Below the pieces are notes generated by a model. The model ran no database searches. It was not told the origin of the DNA and saw only the letters and a program-made list of their open reading frames with translations. The translations under genes were made by a program, and so were the position numbers. From contig CAMTUI010000023.1 in NCBI GenBank assembly GCA_947084985.1, positions 98,266 through 162,265 of the forward strand: a stretch of DNA of 64,000 nucleotides. Direction: 5' to 3'. This DNA comes from Methanobacteriota archaeon. Its GTDB lineage: Archaea > Thermoplasmatota > Thermoplasmata > RBG-16-68-12. Below are positions 9,304-17,991 of this stretch, piece by piece. Within the stretch, counting starts at the first letter, position 1. The number at the start of each line of letters is the position of its first letter.

Positions 9304-10068
9304 ATGGCGACGGAAATCGGACTCTCTACGCAACCGCAGCGCGGCCGCGTCCTCCCGGCCTGGGCGTGGATCGGCTGGCGCTGGGTTTGGCGGAGCCCCG
9401 CGGCGGCCATCGTGCCCCTCCTTCAGCCGTTCTTCTTCCTGTACTTCCTCCATCTCATCGCGCCGGCTGAGTACTTTCCGCTCCAGGTGGCTGGTGCGAT
9501 GCTCTTCTCCACGCAGAACATCGGAAGCTGGTGCCTCTCCGACTCCGCGGTCTTCCGGATCGAACTCCGACTCCAGGACATCTTCGTCGCCTCGCCGCAC
9601 GACAAGATCCGATACCTGTTCGGGGTCGCGTTCTCGAACCTGATCCCCGCGGCGCCCGCGCTCATCGCCCTGGGGATCATCCTCGCAATCGTCACGTCCG
9701 TCTCGCTGGTGGGATGGCTCGTCCTCCTTGCATGCATCCTGACGATCTGGGTCCTATATTCCGCAATCGGCATCGCCGTGTCGAGCCGCTTAAGGAGCCA
9801 GCGAGAGGTATGGCCCGTCGGGAACCTGATCTTCACGCTGCTCGGGATCCTGTCGCCCCTATACTATCCGCTCTCGATCCTGCCGCCCGTCTGGAGGGAA
9901 TTCGCACACCTCTTGCCCGCCACGTACGCCGCGTTGCTCGTCCAAGGCGCGCTCGGGCTCGGACCCGCCGGTTCCGTGAACCTGGCGGCCGACGCCGGCC
10001 TCCTCGTCCTCTCGACGGCGGTCGGGCTCGTCGCCGCGTGGTGGCTGTACCAGTGGCGGGAGCGCTGA
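9304..10068 (+). CDS. ABC-2 type transporter permease (second subunit)
   Basis: The ATG at 9304 is in frame within ORF 8548..10068. From there the translation is MATEIGLS... followed by six hydrophobic stretches. It starts 3 nt after the previous stop. Confidence 0.7.
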   Translation: MATEIGLSTQPQRGRVLPAWAWIGWRWVWRSPAAAIVPLLQPFFFLYFLHLIAPAEYFPLQVAGAMLFSTQNIGSWCLSDSAVFRIELRLQDIFVASPHDKIRYLFGVAFSNLIPAAPALIALGIILAIVTSVSLVGWLVLLACILTIWVLYSAIGIAVSSRLRSQREVWPVGNLIFTLLGILSPLYYPLSILPPVWREFAHLLPATYAALLVQGALGLGPAGSVNLAADAGLLVLSTAVGLVAAWWLYQWRER

Positions 10069-10071
10069 GCG

Positions 10072-11202
10072 TCAGGCGACTCGCTTCGCGGCTTTCGGAA
10101 TAGCGGTGGCGATGGCGGTTCCGACCTCGCTGCACTTCGCGTTCCCGCCGAGGTCGTACGTGAGGCGCTTCCCTTCCTTCAGCACCGTCTCGACCGCGGC
10201 CTCGACCGCGTTTGCGGCTTCACGGAGCGCACGGTCCTGCTTCCGCCGGCCGAGCCAGTCAAGCATCATCTGCGTCGCGAGGACCATCGCGATCGGATTC
10301 ACCTCGTCCTTGCCTGCGTGCTTCGGCGAGCTCCCGTGGATCGGCTCGAACAGCGCGTGCCCGTCGCCGATGTTCCCGCCCGCGGCCATTCCCATGCCGC
10401 CCTGGAGGACCGCCGCGAGGTCCGTCGAGATGTCGCCGAACATGTTCGACGTCACGGCGACGTCGTACGCCTCCGGGGAGCGGATGAGCCACTGCTGGAA
10501 CGCGTCGATGTACGCGTAGTCCTTTTGGATGTTCGGGTAGCCGGCCGAGACCTCGTCGTAGATCCGCCGGAAGAGCTTGCATCCCGCGGTCACGTTCGAC
10601 TTGTCCACGCATGTCACGCGGCGCTTCCCGTCGGCGGGCGCGCCCTTTCGGGTCTTCGCCAGCTCGAACGCGAACCGGATGATCCGCTCCGCGCCCTTTC
10701 GCGTGATCACCCGACTGTCGATCGCGAGCTCCTTCACGCCGCCCCGATCCAGATAGCCCCGGATCGGCGTATAGAGGCCCTCCGTGTTCTCCCGCACGAT
10801 CACGAAGTCGACCTTTCCCGGCTCCCAGACCTGCTTGAACGTGTCGTGGACCTTGTGCCTCACGTTCGGGTAGAGTTTTGTCGGGCGGACGTTCGCGTAG
10901 AGGTCGAGGCCGAACCGTAGCCCGAAGAGCACGCCGATGCCCGCCAGGTCGCCGTTCGGAAGGACCGCCTCCGGCAGCCCGACCGCGCCGAGCAGGATCG
11001 CGTCCGCGGCCTTGCACGACTCGAAACAGCCATCCGGCCATTCCGCGCCTGTGTCGAGATAGTACTGGCCGCCCGCGGGGAAGGGGACCTTGTCGAAGGA
11101 CACGCCGAAGGAGTCCTCGACGGCCTTGAGGACCTTCACCGCTTCGCGCATTACCTCGGGTCCCGTGCCGTCACCCGGAAGAAGCACGAGTTTGTAGGCC
11201 AT
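10072..11202 (-). CDS. leuB: 3-isopropylmalate / homoisocitrate / tartrate dehydrogenase family protein
   Basis: 376 aa. MAYKLVLLPGDGTGPEV ... NMFGDISTDLAA ... EPIHGSSPKHAGK are hallmarks of the beta-decarboxylating dehydrogenase family. Substrate cannot be assigned from sequence alone. Confidence 0.8.
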   Translation of the reverse strand: MAYKLVLLPGDGTGPEVMREAVKVLKAVEDSFGVSFDKVPFPAGGQYYLDTGAEWPDGCFESCKAADAILLGAVGLPEAVLPNGDLAGIGVLFGLRFGLDLYANVRPTKLYPNVRHKVHDTFKQVWEPGKVDFVIVRENTEGLYTPIRGYLDRGGVKELAIDSRVITRKGAERIIRFAFELAKTRKGAPADGKRRVTCVDKSNVTAGCKLFRRIYDEVSAGYPNIQKDYAYIDAFQQWLIRSPEAYDVAVTSNMFGDISTDLAAVLQGGMGMAAGGNIGDGHALFEPIHGSSPKHAGKDEVNPIAMVLATQMMLDWLGRRKQDRALREAANAVEAAVETVLKEGKRLTYDLGGNAKCSEVGTAIATAIPKAAKRVA

Positions 11203-11274
11203 CCGCGCGCGGAACCTCGGGTCGCCAGATAAGGATTCGCGTGGGCCGTGACGCGTTCGGCGAGATCCGTGGAT

Positions 11275-11298
11275 TGTTAACCTTAAACAAGGTTAACC
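11275..11298. promoter_or_regulatory. palindromic element TGTTAACC-TTAAACAA-GGTTAACC (copy A)
   Basis: Read on the minus strand it is GGTTAACCTTGTTTAAGGTTAACA, 23/24 identical to 28985-29008. It lies between the leuD stop (11319) and the leuB-like start (11202). Confidence 0.6.
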
Positions 11299-11318
11299 GG
11301 ACTCCGCAATACGTCGAT

Positions 11319-11825
11319 TCACTCGGTCTTCGACGCGAGCTCGGCCCGGAGCTTCAAGACGAGGCCGCCCGCCTGCAGGATCTCGAGGATGTTCGGTGGG
11401 TATGCCGGGAAGCTGACCCTCTCGCCGCTCGGAAGGACCACATGGCCGGCCCCAAGGTCGACCGTGATCGTGTCGCCCTCCTTCACCCGGTCATGGAGGC
11501 CGGGGCATTCGATCACCGGGAAGCCGATGTTGATCGAGTTGCGGTAGAAGATTCGCGCGAACGTGTGCGCGATGACGCACGCGATGCCGACGGAATGCAG
11601 GGCCACCGGCGCCTGCTCGCGGCTCGAACCGCATCCGAAGTTCGTTCCCCCGACGACGATGTCTCCGGGCTTCACCTTCTTCGAGAACTGCGGATCGACG
11701 TTTTCCATCGCGTGCTCCGCGAGGACCTTCGGATCCGCCGAACCGAGGTACCTGCCAGAGATGATGTGGTCTGTCGAGATGTCGTCCCCGAACATCCAGA
11801 CGCGGCCGGTGAACTTGGTCTCCAT
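11319..11825 (-). CDS. leuD: 3-isopropylmalate/homoaconitate dehydratase small subunit
   Basis: The last 168 codons of ORF 11319..12425, starting METKFTGRVWMFGDDISTDHIISGRY and containing GTNFGCGSSREQAP, the LeuD signature. Confidence 0.85.
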   Translation of the reverse strand: METKFTGRVWMFGDDISTDHIISGRYLGSADPKVLAEHAMENVDPQFSKKVKPGDIVVGGTNFGCGSSREQAPVALHSVGIACVIAHTFARIFYRNSINIGFPVIECPGLHDRVKEGDTITVDLGAGHVVLPSGERVSFPAYPPNILEILQAGGLVLKLRAELASKTE

Positions 11826-11983
11826 CGAAGGCTCATCGCAACGTGGACCATAATGCTTCGCGGTTGGGTGACGTACTTCTACGAGGAAGGCCCATCGACT
11901 TCGGGATGCAGCCTCGCTCCATAGGCATCCCTCCGGCGAGGGCTCCGCAGGACCGATCGATACCTCGCCTTGCGAGCGGCTCG

Positions 11984-13246
11984 TCACAAACGGCGCGGAT
12001 CCGTGATCTCGCCGTAGAGCGCGGACGCCGCGACCGTGTACGGCGACCCGAGATACACCTGGGCCTCCGGGCTCCCCATGCGACCGGGATAGTTGCGGTT
12101 CGTCGACGAGATGCACACTTCCTTCGGGGCGAGGACGCCCATGTGTCCGCCGAAACACGGCCCGCAAGTGGACGACGTGAACGTCGCACCCGAATCGAGG
12201 AAGATGTCCACGAGCCCCTCCTTCATGGCCTGGCGATAGATTCCCTGGCTCGCCGGGGTCACGATCATCCGCACGCGCGGCGCGACCTTCTCGCCCTTCA
12301 GGATCTCTGCCGTGGCGCGGAGGTCCTGGATCCGTGCGTTCGTGCACGACCCGACGAAGGCCATGTCGATCTTCGTGCCGACGACGTCCTCGATCGGCTT
12401 GACGTTCGCGGGGTTGTTCGGGCATGCGACCTGCGGTCCCATGCCGTCGACGACGAGGTCGTACGTCTTCACGTAGCGCGCGTCGGGGTCCGCGTCCATC
12501 GATCGATACGCGTCCGCGGCGCCGACCTCTTCGAGGTACGCCTTCGTGGTCCCGTCCGCGGGCACCATGCCCGCCTTCGCGCCCATCTCCGTCGTCATGT
12601 TCGACAGGACGAAGCGCTCGTTCATCGGGAATCCCTGAATCGTGGAGCCGTGGAACTCGACCGCCTTGTAGGCCGCGCCGTCGTCCCCTGTCGTCTGGAT
12701 GACCTTCAGGATCACGTCCTTCGCGCCCGTGCGCCTCGCGAGCGCCCCATGCACGGTGATGTTCAGGGATTCCGGAACCTTAAGCCAAAGCTTGCCCGTC
12801 GCCATGACCGCGGCGGTCTCCGTCGCGCCGATCCCCGCGGCGAAGGCCCCCATGGCCCCGGCCATGTTCGTGTGGGAGTCGCAGCCGATCACGAGCTCGC
12901 CCGGATGGACGTAGCCCCGCTCCACCACGAGCTGGTGGATGATCCCGTGGTCTCCGACGTCGTGGAAGCGCTGAATCCCCTGGGCCCAGCAGAACTCGCG
13001 GATCGCCTGGTGCATCCGCGCGATCTGCTCGTTCGGCGGCGGGACCCAGTGGTCGACCGTGACGACGCACTTGGACGCGTCCCAGATCCGCTTGACCCCG
13101 ATCTCCTCGAACGGCTTGATCGCAAGGGCGAGCATCTCGTGCATGTAGAGCAGGTCGACGTACCCGTCGACGATCTGCCCGGGCTCAACGCGATCCATAC
13201 GGCTCGCGCGCGCGAGGATCTTCTCGGAGATCGTCTGGCCAGGCAT
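11984..13246 (-). CDS. leuC: 3-isopropylmalate/homoaconitate dehydratase large subunit
   Basis: ORF 11984..13573. The homologous part begins at the ATG at 13246 (MPGQTISEKILARAS). Aconitase-family Fe-S ligands are present: GCDSHT, VGSCTNARIQDL, CGPCFG. Confidence 0.85.
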   Translation of the reverse strand: MPGQTISEKILARASRMDRVEPGQIVDGYVDLLYMHEMLALAIKPFEEIGVKRIWDASKCVVTVDHWVPPPNEQIARMHQAIREFCWAQGIQRFHDVGDHGIIHQLVVERGYVHPGELVIGCDSHTNMAGAMGAFAAGIGATETAAVMATGKLWLKVPESLNITVHGALARRTGAKDVILKVIQTTGDDGAAYKAVEFHGSTIQGFPMNERFVLSNMTTEMGAKAGMVPADGTTKAYLEEVGAADAYRSMDADPDARYVKTYDLVVDGMGPQVACPNNPANVKPIEDVVGTKIDMAFVGSCTNARIQDLRATAEILKGEKVAPRVRMIVTPASQGIYRQAMKEGLVDIFLDSGATFTSSTCGPCFGGHMGVLAPKEVCISSTNRNYPGRMGSPEAQVYLGSPYTVAASALYGEITDPRRL

Positions 13247-13286
13247 CAGAATCGACAGGACCTCAGAGGCAGCCCGGCGTATAAAC

Positions 13287-14273
13287 ATGGCCCTAGAAGG
13301 GGCGAGGATTTTACGGAACGGCCGCGTTGCCCGCGGCGTGGCATCCCGGTTCGTGCGCGTCGCGGCCTTCGCGATGCTCTGCATCATCTGGGGTTCGACT
13401 TGGCTCGCGATCCGGATCGGCCTCGAGGGTGCGCCTCCGTTCCTCGCCGCGTCGTTGCGGTTCGTCGTCGCGTCCCTCACCCTCATCGCCCTCACGACCG
13501 TGTTCGGCGCTAGGTGGCCGCAGAACCGTACGGAATGGTCGCTCGTTGTGTTCGTCGGCCTCGTGCTCTTCACGGCGGACTATGGCCTCATCTACTGGGG
13601 CGAAAACAACGGCGTGGAGAGCGGGCTCTCCGCGATCCTATTTGCCACGCTGCCGCTCCAGACGGGTCTGGTCGCCCAAGGGATTCTCGCCGAGGAGAAA
13701 CTGACGCTCCAGAAGGTGGTCGGGATTGGCATGGGGTTTGGCGGAATCCTCGTGATCTTCCGAAGTCAACTCGTGACGGCGGGTCTGGACAAAGCATTCC
13801 CCATGCTCGCGATCGTCCTGTCCGCGACGTGCGCCGCCTTCGCCGGTGTCGCGATCAAGCGATGGGGGCACGACACGAGCCCGGTGAGCTTCAACGCATT
13901 CGCGATGGGCATCGGCGCCGCGAGCCTCGCGGCCGTATCCTTCGTTGCGGGCGAACCGTGGGCTGTGCCCTCCTGGCCCGAAGGGATTGGCGCGATCCTC
14001 TACCTCGCCCTCGCCGGATCCGTCGTGACGTTCGTCACGTGGCAGTGGCTCCTGAAGCGGGCCGAGGTCACGTCCACGTCGTTCATCGCCCTCATCACGC
14101 CGATCGTCGCAATCTTGCTCGGGACCACAATAGGGAACGAAACGTTCGACTTGGTCGATCTCCTCGGCGCGGCGATCGTCCTCGTGGGTATCTACGTGTC
14201 AATCTCTCGGCGCGCGGCGGCCTGGGCCCGCACCGCTCTCGGCGCGGGGGTCCTCCCGGACTCGAAGCGATGA
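13287..14273 (+). CDS. EamA/DMT family transporter
   Basis: About 10 hydrophobic segments, with CIIWGSTWLAIRIGL typical of EamA repeats. A TATA-like box directly abuts the ATG at 13287, so the GTG at 13338 is a plausible true start. Confidence 0.75.
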   Translation: MALEGARILRNGRVARGVASRFVRVAAFAMLCIIWGSTWLAIRIGLEGAPPFLAASLRFVVASLTLIALTTVFGARWPQNRTEWSLVVFVGLVLFTADYGLIYWGENNGVESGLSAILFATLPLQTGLVAQGILAEEKLTLQKVVGIGMGFGGILVIFRSQLVTAGLDKAFPMLAIVLSATCAAFAGVAIKRWGHDTSPVSFNAFAMGIGAASLAAVSFVAGEPWAVPSWPEGIGAILYLALAGSVVTFVTWQWLLKRAEVTSTSFIALITPIVAILLGTTIGNETFDLVDLLGAAIVLVGIYVSISRRAAAWARTALGAGVLPDSKR

Positions 14274-14288
14274 TCGACGACCCCTGGA

Positions 14289-15389
14289 TCAGGACCCGAT
14301 GTCCTCCGGGACGTGAATCCCGGCTTTGCGGGCCATAGCCCAGAATTCCGCCTCCGTGACCCCGCGATGCCGGACCGCGCGCTCGCGGACCATCGCGATG
14401 AACGCCTGCTGGCCCTCCTTCGACCGCGATTCCGCGAACGTCTTGATGAGCTGGACGAGCTCCGCGATCTGCTCCTGGGTCGCCTCGACCCCGCCCGCGC
14501 GGAGCTTGTCCGCGACAGCGAGGGAACCCGTGTGCTTCCCGAACACGAACGTCCGCTGCCGCCCGATTCGTTCGGGCTGGATCGGCTCGTACGTCGCGGT
14601 ATTCTTGATCACGCCGTGCGCATGAATCCCCGATTCGTGGGCGAACGCGTTGTGACCCACGAGGGGCTGGTGCATACCGATCGGGATCCCGCTCAGTCGC
14701 TCGACGAGCTGGGAGAGCTGGTGGATGCGGGAGATGTCGATCCCCGTGTCGTATCCGTAGAGTGCCTCGAGGGCGACGACGAGTTCTTCGAGGCTCGCGT
14801 TCCCGGATCTCTCGCCGAGTCCGTTCACGCAGACATGGGGCACGAGCGCACCCGCTTCGCACGCGGCGAGACTGTTCGCGACCGCAAGGCCGAAGTCGTT
14901 GTGTCCGTGGAAGGACAGCTCGATGGGCTTGAGGCGCGGTGTGATCTGCTCGAAGAACCAGAGGATCCCGGGAGGCGTCATCACACCGACCGTGTCGCAT
15001 ACCACGGCGCGGTGGGCCCCCGCATCCGCGCAGGCGTTGTACAGGTCCACGATGAAGTCGAGATCCGCGCGGACCGTGTCCTCCGTGACGAACGAGACCG
15101 CGACGCCGTGCGCGACTGCATACTCCACTTCCCGAACGGAGATCTCTTTCACCTGCTCGCGCGTCAGGTTCAACTTGTGCTTGATGTGCACGTCGGAACC
15201 GGCCGTGAACAGGGCAATCTCATCGACGCCGCAATCGATGCAGGCCTCAACATCCCGCCGCACGGTGCGGGCAGCGGCCATGACGGTGGCATCGAGCCCG
15301 GCGTTCGCAATCGCGCGCACAGCCCGAGTCTCCTCCTTTGAGACGACCGGGAGCCCGGCGTCTATGATCGGAACGCCGATCTCGTCCAT
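14289..15389 (-). CDS. 2-isopropylmalate / homocitrate / citramalate synthase family protein (N-terminus unresolved)
   Basis: DRE-TIM family motifs are present: HGHNDFGLAVANSLAA and GLGERSGNASLEE. The conserved IRIWDETLRDGEQTPGV lies in frame upstream of the first canonical start (see findings). The protein is short and lacks the LeuA C-terminal regulatory domain. Confidence 0.75.
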   Translation of the reverse strand: MDEIGVPIIDAGLPVVSKEETRAVRAIANAGLDATVMAAARTVRRDVEACIDCGVDEIALFTAGSDVHIKHKLNLTREQVKEISVREVEYAVAHGVAVSFVTEDTVRADLDFIVDLYNACADAGAHRAVVCDTVGVMTPPGILWFFEQITPRLKPIELSFHGHNDFGLAVANSLAACEAGALVPHVCVNGLGERSGNASLEELVVALEALYGYDTGIDISRIHQLSQLVERLSGIPIGMHQPLVGHNAFAHESGIHAHGVIKNTATYEPIQPERIGRQRTFVFGKHTGSLAVADKLRAGGVEATQEQIAELVQLIKTFAESRSKEGQQAFIAMVRERAVRHRGVTEAEFWAMARKAGIHVPEDIGS

Positions 15390-15619
15390 GAGCCGCGCAA
15401 TCTCGAGCTTCTCCTCCGGCGTGTACGCTACGCCGGGCGTCTGCTCCCCGTCCCGGAGGGTCTCGTCCCAGATCCGGATGCCCTTCGGCAGGCGCGAGGC
15501 GAGGCCCGACTCGGTCAGGTAGTTGCGGACGAGCGGTTCGTCTGCGATGATCGCTCCCCCGAGTCTCCGCGTGCGCGTATGGCCCGCGACGGCTTGAACC
15601 TCACGCGCACCGTTGCGGC

Positions 15620-15629
15620 GGATTTATCG
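15620..15629. promoter_or_regulatory. TATA-like box (GGATTTATCG) 28 nt upstream of the GTG at 15653
   Basis: The only AT-rich island in the divergent intergenic region. Its spacing fits a leaderless start at 15653. Confidence 0.4.
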
Positions 15630-15652
15630 CCGCGACGGCCCTTGCCCGCTCC

Positions 15653-16180
15653 GTGCCGAAGCCGATCAAATCCGGGCTCGAGTTCGAGGCGGCCTTTCCG
15701 GTGAAGGGGCGGATCCTCCAGGCGGTCATGTGCGAATGCGAGGAGGAGGGGGAGATCCGGATGCGCGTTGCAAGAGACCCGACAAAGGGCTGGTCCTATG
15801 ACCCCAAGGATCCCGCGAGCTACATCGACATCCACGCGTACGACGCACGGGACACGTGGGCGAAAGTGCGCGCGGGGGAGTGGGCGGAAGGCCGTATCGT
15901 CTGCTTCGGTTATCTAAAGAAGATTCACGCCCGGCGAATCGAGATGCTCGGCTCGGTCCTCCAAGGCGGCACACGCCTCATCGGCTCCGTGCGGGTGAAC
16001 CAGACCGTCGAGATCGACTTCGGTCTGTTCCAGACGCTCCTTGCGTTCGAGGACGAGGACCAGCGAAGGAAGGTCCTGAAGGACGCAGGGCTCAAGGACG
16101 GGTCCTTCGTCGCGACGGACGTCGGGGTGGACGTTGAGCTCAAACGGTGGGGGTCGCGCGACTCGATCCTGCGCCGCTGA
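15653..16180 (+). CDS. hypothetical protein (175 aa)
   Basis: Protein-like ORF with a GTG start and GC-rich third positions. I recognise no family. Confidence 0.5.
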   Translation: MPKPIKSGLEFEAAFPVKGRILQAVMCECEEEGEIRMRVARDPTKGWSYDPKDPASYIDIHAYDARDTWAKVRAGEWAEGRIVCFGYLKKIHARRIEMLGSVLQGGTRLIGSVRVNQTVEIDFGLFQTLLAFEDEDQRRKVLKDAGLKDGSFVATDVGVDVELKRWGSRDSILRR

Positions 16181-16251
16181 GCCGGACTCGGGCCGAATTC
16201 GGGCCTCAATCTGAGAAACGGGTATCCATCGCCGAGGGATGGGTCGGATCG

Positions 16252-16701
16252 ATGAGACCCACGAGGAAGCGGATCGTGATCCTGGCCGCCCTCGTCGTGA
16301 TCGGCGTGGGTGCGGCATGGGCCCTCGCACCTCTGTTCATCGAAACGCGCGCGAACGTTGCGCCCCCGACCGGATTCACGATCCTCGTGAGCCAAGGCAC
16401 CTGGCAAGGCGTCGACGACTTCCACTTCGCCCGAGGCATCGCCAAGATCCTCGGCAACGCCCAAGGGGAATACCTCCTGCGCCTCGAGAACTTCAGCGTG
16501 CGCAACGGTCCGGACATCCGTTTCTTCCTCTCCGGGGACCGCAGTGTCGGCCCAGGGGACATCGACCTCGGCTCGGTCCCCGCCACCACGGGGAACTACA
16601 ACGTCCCGATCCCGGGAGGGACGGACGTCGCCGGGTTCGGATACGCGCTCGTCCACTGCGTCCCTGCGAACTTCTTGTTCGGGAGCGCGGCCCTCGCGTA
16701 A
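16252..16701 (+). CDS. DM13 domain-containing membrane-anchored protein
   Basis: N-terminal signal anchor (RIVILAALVVIGVGAAWALA). This is followed by GTWQGVDDFHFARGIAKI...LRLENFSVRNGPDIRFFLS, which matches the DM13 pattern. Confidence 0.6.
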   Translation: MRPTRKRIVILAALVVIGVGAAWALAPLFIETRANVAPPTGFTILVSQGTWQGVDDFHFARGIAKILGNAQGEYLLRLENFSVRNGPDIRFFLSGDRSVGPGDIDLGSVPATTGNYNVPIPGGTDVAGFGYALVHCVPANFLFGSAALA

Positions 16702-16716
16702 TCCGTCCGCCGGACG

Positions 16717-17076
16717 TCACGCGCCATCGAGCGCGATTGCCTGCTTCAGAAGCGGCTTCAGGTCTGTGGGGCGGACGCCCTTGACGTCATGGATCTTCAC
16801 GTGCCGAAGGCCTTTGCCGGTGCCTTCGAGGAGGTCCTTCGGATCGTTCAGATCCGTTCCCCGGAAGAATCCGAAGTCGACGTGGTCCTTGTAGGAGATG
16901 ATCCAGCAGACGTTGCTCTTGCGTGTCCAGGTCGGGTTGCCCCACTTGATCTTCTCCTCGAGATTCGGGGCCGTGTCCTTCACGAACTTCCGCAGGGCCT
17001 GCACGATTTCCCGGTGGGGCGACCCCAGCTTCGCGACGTAGTCGTCGATGCTCTCGCCCGCCTTGGCCTTCGCCAT
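16717..17076 (-). CDS. DUF1801 (YdhG-like) domain protein
   Basis: The last 119 codons of ORF 16717..17664: MAKAKAGESIDDYVAKLGSPHREIVQALRKFV...KIKWGNPTW. Confidence 0.6.
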   Translation of the reverse strand: MAKAKAGESIDDYVAKLGSPHREIVQALRKFVKDTAPNLEEKIKWGNPTWTRKSNVCWIISYKDHVDFGFFRGTDLNDPKDLLEGTGKGLRHVKIHDVKGVRPTDLKPLLKQAIALDGA

Positions 17077-17140
17077 GTCTGCTCCCCGTCCGCGGAAGCG
17101 CAGCGCGGCTTGAGGCCCTTGCCGCGCCCCCGCAGGCCTG

Positions 17141-17902
17141 TCAGTCTTTCTTCTCCCGAAGCCGGTCCATCGCCGCTTTGTAGTCATCGGACCACAGGAG
17201 CTGCACGGCATGCTGTGACTCGAGGAGGAAGCGGTTGCGGTAGGGCTTCTCCTCGCCTTCCGTGAGCGCGCGTTTGATCGCCTTGACGGCGGACCTCGGC
17301 TTCGAGGCGAACAGAGTCGCGAGCTTGCGGGCTTCCGGGAGGGCACCGCCCGGCGACGCGAGATGGTCGACGAGGCCGAGCCGCAGGGCGTCGAGGGCGC
17401 GTACCTCCTTTCCCGACAGCAGGACCTCCAACGCCTTCGAACGACCAATGAGCCTCGGGAGGCGGGCCGTTGCACCGTGGCTCGGCATCCAGGCGACGCC
17501 AATCTCGGGATGGGAGAACATCGCGGTCTCGTCGGCAATCCGGAGGTCGCATGCGAAGGCGAGCTCCGCGCCCGCACCTCGACAGAGGCCTGCGACGGCA
17601 GCGACGGTCGGCTTCGTGAGGTGCTCGAGGGCCATGAACGCATCCGAGCCTCGCGTGATCGCATCCTGCGCGTCCTTCGGGGAAAGCCGGGACCATTCGC
17701 GAAGGTCCATCCCGCCGGAGAACTGCATGCCCGCGCCGGCCACGACGACCGCGCGGATGCCGTCGTCCTTCTCCAGGGCGGGCATGATTTTCGAAAGCTC
17801 GTCGACCATCGCCAGGGTCAGGAGATTCAGAGGGGGATGGTCGATCCAGAGGGTCGCGACGGCCTCGGACGTTTCGAGTCGGATCTTCAGGGCGGGGGGC
17901 AT
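17141..17902 (-). CDS. enoyl-CoA hydratase/isomerase (crotonase) family protein
   Basis: 253 aa with the crotonase core VVAGAGMQFSGGMDL...AAVAGLCRGAGAELAFACDLRIA. Confidence 0.8.
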   Translation of the reverse strand: MPPALKIRLETSEAVATLWIDHPPLNLLTLAMVDELSKIMPALEKDDGIRAVVVAGAGMQFSGGMDLREWSRLSPKDAQDAITRGSDAFMALEHLTKPTVAAVAGLCRGAGAELAFACDLRIADETAMFSHPEIGVAWMPSHGATARLPRLIGRSKALEVLLSGKEVRALDALRLGLVDHLASPGGALPEARKLATLFASKPRSAVKAIKRALTEGEEKPYRNRFLLESQHAVQLLWSDDYKAAMDRLREKKD

Positions 17903-17991
17903 GGACCCACCGCGGGGTCCAGAGGGTCGGCGCCGGATAATCGTTTCGCGCGGGGCGCACGCTTTTAGCCCGCGCCTACATTACGACTCGC

